A stretch of 64,000 nt of DNA. Source: Candidatus Sericytochromatia bacterium. Its GTDB lineage: Bacteria; Cyanobacteriota; Sericytochromatia; S15B-MN24; UBA4093. A model generated the notes under the pieces. The model saw only the letters and a list, made by a program, of their open reading frames with translations, was not told the origin of the DNA and made no database searches. How positions within the stretch are numbered: the stretch's first letter is position 1; each line of letters opens with the position of its first letter. The stretch lies in NCBI GenBank assembly GCA_036676495.1, contig JAKFCT010000082.1, positions 1 to 64,000 of the forward strand, read 5' to 3'. A program made the position numbers and the translations under genes. Below are positions 27,888 to 35,928 of the stretch, one piece after another.

Positions 27888-28994
27888 TTACGCTTGCGGC
27901 GGCTCGACTTTCAGGTCGAAGGACTGGGCGTCCTCCTCGGAGAATCGCAGCGCCTGGAGCCCCTCTTCGGCGAGGGCATCGCGGGCTGGCCCCGACAGGG
28001 CCTCGAAGGGCTCGAGGGTGAGCGTGGCGGCCTTTCCCTTCCGGGTCACCTTCCAGGTTCCCGCGACAACTCCGTCGACCAGGAACGTGGCCAGGACCTT
28101 CAAGTTGGCCGTGACGATCTTGGGGCGGTACGCCTCGGCGATGATCCGGCTGCGGTCGGAGTGGGCGAGGACCAGGTTGTCGTACTCCGGCAGGAACCGG
28201 GCGGGAGCGTCGGTTTCCTCGGAGGGGCGGGGAGCGTCCGGCAGATCGAATAGTTCGCGCCCGCGATCGTCGCGGAAGGTCACGAGCTCGCCTCTCAAGG
28301 CTTCGAACGTGCTTTTGAGACCTTTGAGCCCCGACCAGACCTGTGCATCGGTCACCGTGGCGGGCCCGAAGGCCGCGAGGTAGCGGCGGACCAGTTCAAA
28401 GGGCTCCTCCGAGCCTTCGAGGGGCTCACCGAGCCACGCGTCGGCGGGGGTGAAGCCGGCATCGGCGGGGAAGCCCCAGGGCGAGTCATTGGGGACCATG
28501 ACGAGCGGAAGGTGCATGCGCACGGCGTAGCCCATGGCGCGTTCATCGCCCTCGGGGAAGCGCTCCATGAGGTGCGCGCGCAGCTCGGTGAAGGTCCGGG
28601 GTTCCGCTTCGAGGAAGTTGCGGGCGGCTTCGACGAGGGCCCGCAGGTCGAGGGTTCCGGCGCGCTGCCGCAGCACCGAGGCCATGGCGGCGCTCAGCAC
28701 CGGCTGGAGGGCCGGGCGGAGCGCCCGGTAGTCGGCGGCGGTCATGAGGTGGAGGGTGGCGCGCATCGCGGTGGCCCGGACGACCTCGCGGCGGTGAAGC
28801 ATGCCCAGCAACTCCTCGCGGCGGAAGCCGGAAAGCCGTGACCACAGGCCCAGGAAAGGCGGCTTCGGCACCTGGGCCTGCATGCCGCCCAGGCGGCTGA
28901 TGGCGTCGAGGGCGGAGGTGGCTTCCCGGGCGAGCAGCATCTGTCGCGCGAGGGTCGCACGGTTGAGCGCCTTGAGGGAAAGCATGTCGGGCAT
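27888..28994 (-). CDS. AlkZ-like (HTH_42) DNA glycosylase
   Basis: LNRATLARQ, QAQ motif, MRATLHL, RRYLAAFGPAT, FLPEYDN, VDGxVAGTW. Confidence 0.88.
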   Translation of the reverse strand: MPDMLSLKALNRATLARQMLLAREATSALDAISRLGGMQAQVPKPPFLGLWSRLSGFRREELLGMLHRREVVRATAMRATLHLMTAADYRALRPALQPVLSAAMASVLRQRAGTLDLRALVEAARNFLEAEPRTFTELRAHLMERFPEGDERAMGYAVRMHLPLVMVPNDSPWGFPADAGFTPADAWLGEPLEGSEEPFELVRRYLAAFGPATVTDAQVWSGLKGLKSTFEALRGELVTFRDDRGRELFDLPDAPRPSEETDAPARFLPEYDNLVLAHSDRSRIIAEAYRPKIVTANLKVLATFLVDGVVAGTWKVTRKGKAATLTLEPFEALSGPARDALAEEGLQALRFSEEDAQSFDLKVEPPQA

Positions 28995-29020
28995 CGGGAT
29001 CTCCTGGCGAGAGGGGCGGG

Positions 29021-29569
29021 TTATTCCCCGGCGAGACGTCTATCCACCACGTAACGGAGCTGCGTCAGCCCGGACGACCATGACTGGCTGCTCTCCAGCT
29101 TCAAGGCTTGCTCGGGCTCTCCACCCGCGAAGAGGCGGATGCCGCTTCCCAGCAGGATGGGGATGACTGAGATGGTCATGTCGTCGATCAGGCCCGCTTT
29201 GAGGAATTGCTGGATGACCACCCCGCCGTCGACGTACAGCCGCCGAACTCCCGTCTCGCCGAGCTGCTGGACGAGGGTTTCCACGTCACCGGAGTAGAAC
29301 TCCTCGCCGTGCCGGGACTCCGCCGGCCGATGGGTGAGGACGATGCAGCGCTTGCCGGGGTAGTACCATTCCGGGAAGCCGAGCACCACGTCGTAGGAGT
29401 TTCGCCCGAGGACCAGAGCGTCCACCGAGTCGAAGAACTTCTGGTAGCCGTAGTCCTCGCCCGGCATCTCGACGCTGTGCAACCAGTCGATGCCGCCGTC
29501 GGGGCGGGCGATGTAGCCGTCGAGGCTGACGGCGATGAACACGGAGCAACGGGGACGAGGTGTCTTCAT
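29021..29569 (-). CDS. Dihydrofolate reductase / RibD C-terminal family protein
   Basis: IAVSLDGYIA, LGRNSY, YVDGG, IPILLGSGIRLF. Confidence 0.88.
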   Translation of the reverse strand: MKTPRPRCSVFIAVSLDGYIARPDGGIDWLHSVEMPGEDYGYQKFFDSVDALVLGRNSYDVVLGFPEWYYPGKRCIVLTHRPAESRHGEEFYSGDVETLVQQLGETGVRRLYVDGGVVIQQFLKAGLIDDMTISVIPILLGSGIRLFAGGEPEQALKLESSQSWSSGLTQLRYVVDRRLAGE

Positions 29570-29975
29570 GGTTCAGGGACCTCCCTTGGCGTTGGAACCT
29601 ATCTTGAATCTGTACATCGGCATGAACCCAAGCGTTATTGCTGCCCGGAAGTGACGGTCGGCGATGGGGACCACGACGCCGAGTGCGTTCGCGATGCAAG
29701 CGAGCGTCCGCTGTTTATTATAGGTCGTTGAGGAGCAAGCATGTCGCCCATGAGACTGAGCCAAACTCACCGGGGGCGAGGGGACAGTGGGAGTGCTCGC
29801 GTGCTACCATGCCCTTGCAGTGCGGTCACATCGTCCTTTGTGGGCAGGAGAGTTGCTAATGCCGGAAGCCGATCCGATTGAGGTTCTGTGGCTTCCGGAG
29901 GATGTCGAGTCGTTCCTTGGGACGGTTCGAGCGTCAGAAGAATCGCTTCTCTGATTGGGCAGTGGAGTCGATCGG

Positions 29976-30407
29976 ATGGAACAACGTCTCACACTCATCA
30001 CGCTTGGCGTCGCGGACCTTGTTCGGTCGCGTCGCTTCTACGAATCTGGGATGGGTTGGAAGCCCGTACCCGGGGATCATGAGGGCGTCGCCTTCTATGA
30101 CCTCGGAGGGTTCGGTCTTGCCCTTTACGGCTTCGAGGGCCTTGCCTCTGATACCGGCCTGCCACCTGTAACCGCAGGGTCAAGCGCGATGTCGCTCGCC
30201 TTCAACGTGGACTCGGCTGAGCAAGTGGACCGAATCTTGTCCGAAGCGATTGCCGCAGGGGCAACGATGCTCAAGCCTGCTCATAAGGTCTTCTGGGGTG
30301 GGTACTGTGGGTACTTCGCCGATCCGGATGGCCATGTCTGGGAGATCGCCTGGAACCCCTTCTGGAAGCTCGATGAGTCGGGGCGCATTGTGGCTTGGCA
30401 GGTATGA
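29976..30407 (+). CDS. VOC/glyoxalase family protein
   Basis: LITLGVADLxRSRRFYE, FWGGYxGYFADPDGHVWEIAWNP. Confidence 0.9.
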   Translation: MEQRLTLITLGVADLVRSRRFYESGMGWKPVPGDHEGVAFYDLGGFGLALYGFEGLASDTGLPPVTAGSSAMSLAFNVDSAEQVDRILSEAIAAGATMLKPAHKVFWGGYCGYFADPDGHVWEIAWNPFWKLDESGRIVAWQV

Positions 30408-30961
30408 CAGCGAGCCCTGACTTCGGAGCCAGCCCGAGACCGAAGACCATTCTCGAGACCGACCGGCTCATCCTCCGCGAGATGACCGATGCTGACGTCG
30501 AGCCCCTGCTGAAGGTGCTCGGGGATTCGGTCGCCATGAGGTACTACCCTGCCCCTTATACCCGCGAGGGCGTCGAGGGGTGGGTGCATCGGAGCCAGGA
30601 GCGCTACCGGACCTATGGATTCGGATTATGGGCCGTCGTCCTGAAGGAGACCGGTGGAGTAGTTGGCGATTGCGGGCTTACCCTACAGACCGTCCAGGGC
30701 CGTGAGGAGCTGGAGATCGGCTATCACATCCAGCGAGAGTACCAGGGCAAGGGGCTCGCTACGGAGGCTGCCCGAGCGTGCCTCGAGTGGGGCTTCCGTA
30801 ACACGAGTTGCGATCGGATCATCTCGCTGATGAACGTCGAGAACCTGCCGTCGCGTAGGGTGGCCGAGAAGGTCCACGCCCGGTTTCTCGGGGAGTGTGG
30901 GGAACGCGCCGGCCTTCCTCACGTCTACTACGGGACTGAGCGGTCGGAGTTTGAATCGTAG
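30404..30961 (+). CDS. GNAT acetyltransferase (RimJ/RimL family)
   Basis: LETDRLILR, EIGY, QGKGLATEAA, NLPSRRVAEK. Confidence 0.9.
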   Translation: MTASPDFGASPRPKTILETDRLILREMTDADVEPLLKVLGDSVAMRYYPAPYTREGVEGWVHRSQERYRTYGFGLWAVVLKETGGVVGDCGLTLQTVQGREELEIGYHIQREYQGKGLATEAARACLEWGFRNTSCDRIISLMNVENLPSRRVAEKVHARFLGECGERAGLPHVYYGTERSEFES

Positions 30962-30999
30962 ACAATTTGGTTCTGGTCTTGATGGTCACTTCAGCCGTG

Positions 31000-31818
31000 T
31001 CACGCGTTGATGAGTATCCAACCTGACTTCCGATAGTAGCTGGCAAGCATGTGTTCGATGAACCTGCGGATGAGCTTGTCGTCGAGGTCGGATTCCGAGA
31101 TGCTGGCCTCGCCCAAATTGAAGGGCTGGAAGCGTAGGACATCGAGGCTGATGGATATTCCCTCCTGGATGAAGCCTTCAAAGAGCTTGTTAAGTCGCCA
31201 GGAAGTCTGTTGCCGCGGGTAGGGATTGAGGTAATTCCCGATCCGCCTCGGCAAGTTCACGGTTTCCCCGATGTAGAGCTGACCAAGGTCACCCGGGGTT
31301 TCACGAAACGGCACCCATCGGTAGATCGCTGGCTGCTCAAGATTGACTCGCATCCATTTCGACACCTTGGTCGGGAAGCGGTAGGCGTTGAGGCCATCTT
31401 CGAGGATCGGTTCCCAGGTGAACTCGAATGCCGTATGGAGAGTCGGCAAGGTGAGCGACATTGGGTCGGGGAGTGAGTCTGGGAGAACTGGGGCAACAGG
31501 TTCTCGAGGCGTGGAAATGTCTACAGGGGACGGAGCAATCAACCGGGGTATCGATTGGTTTTCAGCTGGCTTAGCGTTCGGGACTTGATGAGTCAGCCAG
31601 CTAACCAACTTCGTAGAGCCGCAATAGGCGCAGCGGCCAGCCTCTTTCGAAATCAGCCCTTTGATGAGGAGTTTTCTGCCCTCGCGATTGGCATCCTGGC
31701 GTTGTTTCAGGGGACCTCGTTTGGCGAGGCAGTCGTCACACATGGGGCCATTGGCTCCGTCCAGTTGTTTCAAGATCAGCTGCTGGATCGTCTGCTGCAT
31801 CGCCTTCCGAGTCCTCAT
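31000..31818 (-). CDS. Hypothetical protein: N-terminal CxxC...CxxC domain plus GIY-YIG-like domain
   Basis: CDDC, CAYC; AIYRW...LYIGETxNLxRRI; lower GC than the flanks. Confidence 0.6.
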   Translation of the reverse strand: MRTRKAMQQTIQQLILKQLDGANGPMCDDCLAKRGPLKQRQDANREGRKLLIKGLISKEAGRCAYCGSTKLVSWLTHQVPNAKPAENQSIPRLIAPSPVDISTPREPVAPVLPDSLPDPMSLTLPTLHTAFEFTWEPILEDGLNAYRFPTKVSKWMRVNLEQPAIYRWVPFRETPGDLGQLYIGETVNLPRRIGNYLNPYPRQQTSWRLNKLFEGFIQEGISISLDVLRFQPFNLGEASISESDLDDKLIRRFIEHMLASYYRKSGWILINA

Positions 31819-31920
31819 CGTCCAAGGGGTATCGTCAATTTACCCGTAGTAGGCCATGGCCACCCTTGGGGAGTGAGAAGTTGACCAAGAACCGGGGGAT
31901 CCTCACACTAAGGGGCCTCT

Positions 31921-32290
31921 CTACTCATCCATTGCCGATAAACCGCCGATGGATTGCCGATAAATTTCCGATAATCCGAATGCACGCGATCGGAGGGAGG
32001 CCTCCAGTACGACCAACCAACCGGCCTCGACCCATTCCAGCTGAGGTTCCGGGCCATCCGGTCGGAGAGGCCCAGGAGCTTCGCCATGTCGGCGGTGGTG
32101 ATGGTCTCCCGTTTGGCGAACAAGCCCAGGACCATCCGATAGTTCGGACCTCGCCCACGTCCCGCTCGCGCCCATGGAACTCGGCGTGCCGTCCCTCGAT
32201 GGCCTGCTCGGCCTCTGCGAGCGTCAGGCGGTTGCCCCCGATGCGGGTCAAGTAGTGGGTCGAACGGATCCGCGCCCGGTGGCACAGCTC
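31921..32290 (-). pseudogene. Fic-family gene remnant (Fic domain deleted, frameshifted)
   Basis: IRSTHYLTRIGGNRLTL N-terminal motif joined out of frame to a C-terminal HTH fragment (MAKLLGLSDRMARNL / WVEAGWL); no HPFxxGNGR. Confidence 0.65.
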
Positions 32291-32304
32291 GGCCTTCCCT
32301 GAAG

Positions 32305-32356
32305 TAAAAAAGAGTGATGCGGCCCTCGGCGAAGAATCGCTGAAAGCCGCATCACT
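32305..32356 (-). terminator. Terminator of tRNA-Leu(CAA)
   Basis: AGTGATGCGGC...GCCGCATCACT stem, then T6 on the minus strand. Confidence 0.7.
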
Positions 32357-32364
32357 GCATGTAG

Positions 32365-32446
32365 TGGCCAAGGTGGGAGTCGAACCCACACGCCTTTCGG
32401 GCGGTCGATTTTGAGTCGACTGCGTCTGCCATTCCGCCACTTGGCC
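32365..32446 (-). tRNA. tRNA-Leu(CAA), CCA not encoded
   Basis: GGCCAAGTGGCGGAATGGCAGACGC...GTCGA-CTCAAAA-TCGAC, variable arm, GGTTCGACTCC; TTGCGC-17-TAGAAT promoter. Confidence 0.95.
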
Positions 32447-32511
32447 GCGGAAGAGTTTTATTCTACGCCAAGCGCTCTCGGCGCGCAAGCATCGATTGCG
32501 AGAAGCCGCGT

Positions 32512-33657
32512 TCAGGCGATGTAGGCGGCCGGATCGACGAAGCTGCCGTTCTTCTTGACCTCGAAGTGGAGGTGCGGGCCCGTCGACACCCCCGTGTTGC
32601 CGACCTTGCCGATGACGTCCCGGGCTCCGACCGACTGGCCCTTCGAGACGTTGATCTTGGAGAGATGGGCATAGGCGGTCTGAAGCCCGTTGCCGTGATC
32701 CACCACGACGTAGTTGCCGTAGCCGCCGTTCCAGCCTGCGAAGCTGACCTTGCCGCCCTGCACCACGTGGACTGGGGTGCCCGTCCCGGCGCCGATGTCC
32801 ATGCCCGAATGCAGCTTGTGGACTCCGGTGACGGGGTGCTTGCGGTGGCCGTAGTTCGAGGTCTTGCGGCCGGAAGTAGGCCATTGCCACTTGCCGGAAG
32901 GCTTGCTCGGGGCGGAGGGCGGCGCCGAGGCGTTGGCCCCACCCGGCAGGCGCAGCGTCATGCCGGCGGAGATCTGGTTGGGGTTGCCGCCGATCACATC
33001 TCGGTTGAGCTCGTAGATCTCGCGCCAGCGATTGCTGTCTCCCAGCGTGCGGCCGGCGATCGCCGACAACGAATCCCCGCTTCTCACCGTGTAGCTAGGG
33101 CCGGACGCCGGAGGCGGCGACGCCGGGGGCGCGGGAGGGGCCGGCTTCGGGGCTTCCGCCCCACCGGGCAGCTTCAGCGTCTGACCCGCGTGAATCAGGT
33201 TGGGGTTGGAGCCGATCACGTCCCGGTTCAAGTCGTAAATCTCGCGCCAGCGGTTGCCGTCGCCCAGCGTGCGCTTGGCGATTGCCGACAACGAATCCCC
33301 CTTCTGCACGGTGTAGGTCGGCGCCGGGGCGGGCTTCGCCGGTTCGGGAGGAGCGGGAGGTGCCGGGGCCGGCTCGGGTTTCGCGGATTCCGGCGGTGCC
33401 GGCTCCGGCTTGGGCGCGGGCGAGAGCAGCCGCTTCGCGAACTCCGCCAGGCGCTTCACGAGGTTGTCGTACGCCGTCCGCAGGTCGCCCAGCAGGCCCG
33501 AGGCTTCGACGCCTTGGGGCGCCGGCATCATCGGGGGGGCGGGAATCGCGACCGGAGCCGCGATCGGGACCGTCGCCGCCGAGGAGGCGGCCTGATGCAG
33601 TTGCGCCAGCATGGACTGGTACGAGCCCCCTGAATGGGTCGTGTTCATCATCTGCAT
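32512..33657 (-). CDS. LysM(x2)-M23 peptidoglycan endopeptidase
   Basis: Two YTVxxGDSLSAIA LysM repeats; HSGMD, YAHL, STGPHLHFEV. Confidence 0.92.
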   Translation of the reverse strand: MQMMNTTHSGGSYQSMLAQLHQAASSAATVPIAAPVAIPAPPMMPAPQGVEASGLLGDLRTAYDNLVKRLAEFAKRLLSPAPKPEPAPPESAKPEPAPAPPAPPEPAKPAPAPTYTVQKGDSLSAIAKRTLGDGNRWREIYDLNRDVIGSNPNLIHAGQTLKLPGGAEAPKPAPPAPPASPPPASGPSYTVRSGDSLSAIAGRTLGDSNRWREIYELNRDVIGGNPNQISAGMTLRLPGGANASAPPSAPSKPSGKWQWPTSGRKTSNYGHRKHPVTGVHKLHSGMDIGAGTGTPVHVVQGGKVSFAGWNGGYGNYVVVDHGNGLQTAYAHLSKINVSKGQSVGARDVIGKVGNTGVSTGPHLHFEVKKNGSFVDPAAYIA

Positions 33658-33927
33658 AGGCACCTCCTGCAACGTCGGGCCGAGTTCGCGCGCCGGAGGC
33701 GCTGGAAACCACGGAGTAGGGCGTTGGTCGCCCGAAATGCTGCGGGCTGATCGTGCTTATCCGCCGTTAAGAGGGAGTTCGCGGTTATGGGGATATTAAC
33801 TTCGGCTAAAATTTCCTTTACCGGAGGAGCCGCCCTCGCCGGGAAGGAGGGCCGGGGGCCCGTGCTATACTGAGAAGACACCCGCTCGCCCTTGTTTCCA
33901 CCTGATTTCACCACCTTCGGAGCCCGC

Positions 33928-35670
33928 ATGTCTCCCTCTTCATGGCTGCTCAAAGCGGCGGATCCCGCCCACGTCTCCCTGCTCGCCCGTGACCTGAAGG
34001 TCTCCCCCTTGCTCGCCCGGCTATTGCTGGTTCGCGAGGTTTCGGATGCCGCTGCCGCGCGTCGCTTCCTCGGGCAGGACCCGTCCTTGCTCGACCCCTG
34101 GGCCCTTCCGGGGATGGAAACGGCCGCCGAGCGCCTGCTGGACGCCCTGGAGGCTGGAGAACGAGTCGTCGTCTACGGGGACTACGACGCCGACGGGGTC
34201 ACCAGCACCGCCCTGCTTTACAGCTACCTGCTGCGCGCCGGCTACAACGTCACCTACTTCCTGCCGCATCGCTTCGAAGACGGCTATGGCATGAACCTTC
34301 ACGCCATCGAAGAGCTGGCCGATCAAGGCGCGCGCCTGATCGTGACGGTCGACAACGGCGTGAGCTCGGTTCGCGAGGTCGCCTACGCCCGCGAGCTCGG
34401 CCTCGACGTCATCGTGACCGATCACCACACGCCTCCGGCCCTCCTTCCCGAGCCCTACGCCCTCCTCAACCCTCGCCTGGGCGGATGCCCCGCCGAGATG
34501 AGCGGCCTCGCCGGAGTCGGCGTGGCCTTCGCCCTGGCGGCGGCCCTCGAGCAGCGCGCCCCCTCCTACGGCGTGGAGGACCTGCTCGACTTCGTCGCCA
34601 TCGGCTCCATCGCCGACATGGCTCCCCTGACCGGAGTGAACCGGACTTTGGTGGGAGCGGGCCTTCACCTGATCGCCACGGCCACCCGTCCCGGCATCAA
34701 GGCGCTCGCGGACGTCGCGGGCGTGGCCTCGGTCGCCAATATGGCCGCTCAGGACATCGGCTTCCGGATTGGCCCGCGCATCAACGCCGCGGGCCGCATG
34801 GACCATCCCGAGGTCGCTCTCAAGCTGCTGCTGGCGGAGGACCTCGACGAGGCCGAGGTGCTCGCCGCGGAGCTGGAGCGCCTGAACCGGCTGCGTCAGG
34901 AGACCTCCAAGCGCATCGAGGCCGAGGCGCATGCCCTGGTGGCCGTCGAGGTCGATCTGGAAAAGGACGCCGCCATCGTCCTCGCCAAGGAGGACTGGCA
35001 CCGCGGGATCATCGGGATCGTCGCCGCGCGCCTGGTGGATGCCTACGGCCTCCCGGTGATCCTGATGGGAGCCGACGGGGACTATTGGAAGGGCTCGGGG
35101 CGATCGCCCGACGCCATTCATCTCTTTGCCGCACTCGAAACCTGCCGCGACCACCTCGATCGCTTCGGGGGACACGCCCAGGCGGCAGGCCTGGCGCTGG
35201 AAGCGGGGCGTCTCGAGGCGTTTAAGGCTCAGCTCAACGACGCCGTGCGGAGTCAGACCGGGGGCGAGCGTCCGCAGGGACCGATTCTGCTAGATGCCGA
35301 GGTCTCGCTCGCCGAGGTCTCGCCCCAGCTCATCCGAGAATTGATGTGGCTGGAGCCGACCGGCCAGGGGAATCCCGAGCCGCGTTTGGGGATGCGCCGC
35401 GTCCAGGTGCTGCGCCAGAAGCTGCGTGGCAAGGACAAGACCCACCTCTGGCTGGAGCTGCGCGACGGGGTCGAGATCCGCGAGGCGGTCGGCTTCGGCA
35501 TGGGCGGACTCTACCCGGTCCCCGAGGTCGTCGATGTCGCCTTCACTCCGGAGTTCAACTTCTGGCAGGGACAGGCGCGCGTTCAGATGCGCCTGCATGC
35601 GGTCTTTCCCGCGACACCCGACCCCGTGGTCGCCTTCGAGGGCGCTTCGGACGTCGGAGACCCTCGCTAG
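33928..35670 (+). CDS. recJ: ssDNA exonuclease RecJ
   Basis: YGDYDADGVTS, TVDNG, TDHH, GPRINAAGRM, FGGHAQAAG. Confidence 0.95.
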   Translation: MSPSSWLLKAADPAHVSLLARDLKVSPLLARLLLVREVSDAAAARRFLGQDPSLLDPWALPGMETAAERLLDALEAGERVVVYGDYDADGVTSTALLYSYLLRAGYNVTYFLPHRFEDGYGMNLHAIEELADQGARLIVTVDNGVSSVREVAYARELGLDVIVTDHHTPPALLPEPYALLNPRLGGCPAEMSGLAGVGVAFALAAALEQRAPSYGVEDLLDFVAIGSIADMAPLTGVNRTLVGAGLHLIATATRPGIKALADVAGVASVANMAAQDIGFRIGPRINAAGRMDHPEVALKLLLAEDLDEAEVLAAELERLNRLRQETSKRIEAEAHALVAVEVDLEKDAAIVLAKEDWHRGIIGIVAARLVDAYGLPVILMGADGDYWKGSGRSPDAIHLFAALETCRDHLDRFGGHAQAAGLALEAGRLEAFKAQLNDAVRSQTGGERPQGPILLDAEVSLAEVSPQLIRELMWLEPTGQGNPEPRLGMRRVQVLRQKLRGKDKTHLWLELRDGVEIREAVGFGMGGLYPVPEVVDVAFTPEFNFWQGQARVQMRLHAVFPATPDPVVAFEGASDVGDPR

Positions 35671-35928
35671 CCGGGTATAAGGAAACTCTGCCCGCGCAGC
35701 GCCCCCTTCCGCGACAATTGCAGGTGCTCGATCGGCAGGCCGATGTGCAGGCTCCCACGAGCGACCTGCGAACCCGCTGGGGAATGCGCATGAGTTGCGG
35801 TATACTGGGGGTTTCAAGGCTGAGGCGAGGCGCGGGGGCGCCGGGGCTCAACGGGGCAGAATTGGGGTCGGGAGCGCCAGCGGCTCACGTGGCAGCCGTG
35901 AGTAACGCGGCAGATTTGGGGTCAGTTG

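Noticed and set aside
31929-31974. Repeated GCCGATAA as sigma28 promoters
   Set aside because: They form a 22-bp duplication at the end of the minus-strand Fic remnant, with no downstream gene and no -35 element
16089-32446. Integrated element bounded by the two tRNA-Leu genes
   Set aside because: They are complete, different isoacceptors with their own promoters; no att duplication or integrase was seen
32990-33315. Internal DNA repeat in the M23 gene
   Set aside because: Explained by the two LysM domains
33660-33800. c-di-AMP or c-di-GMP riboswitch upstream of the LysM-M23 gene
   Set aside because: Expected conserved aptamer strings were not found by eye
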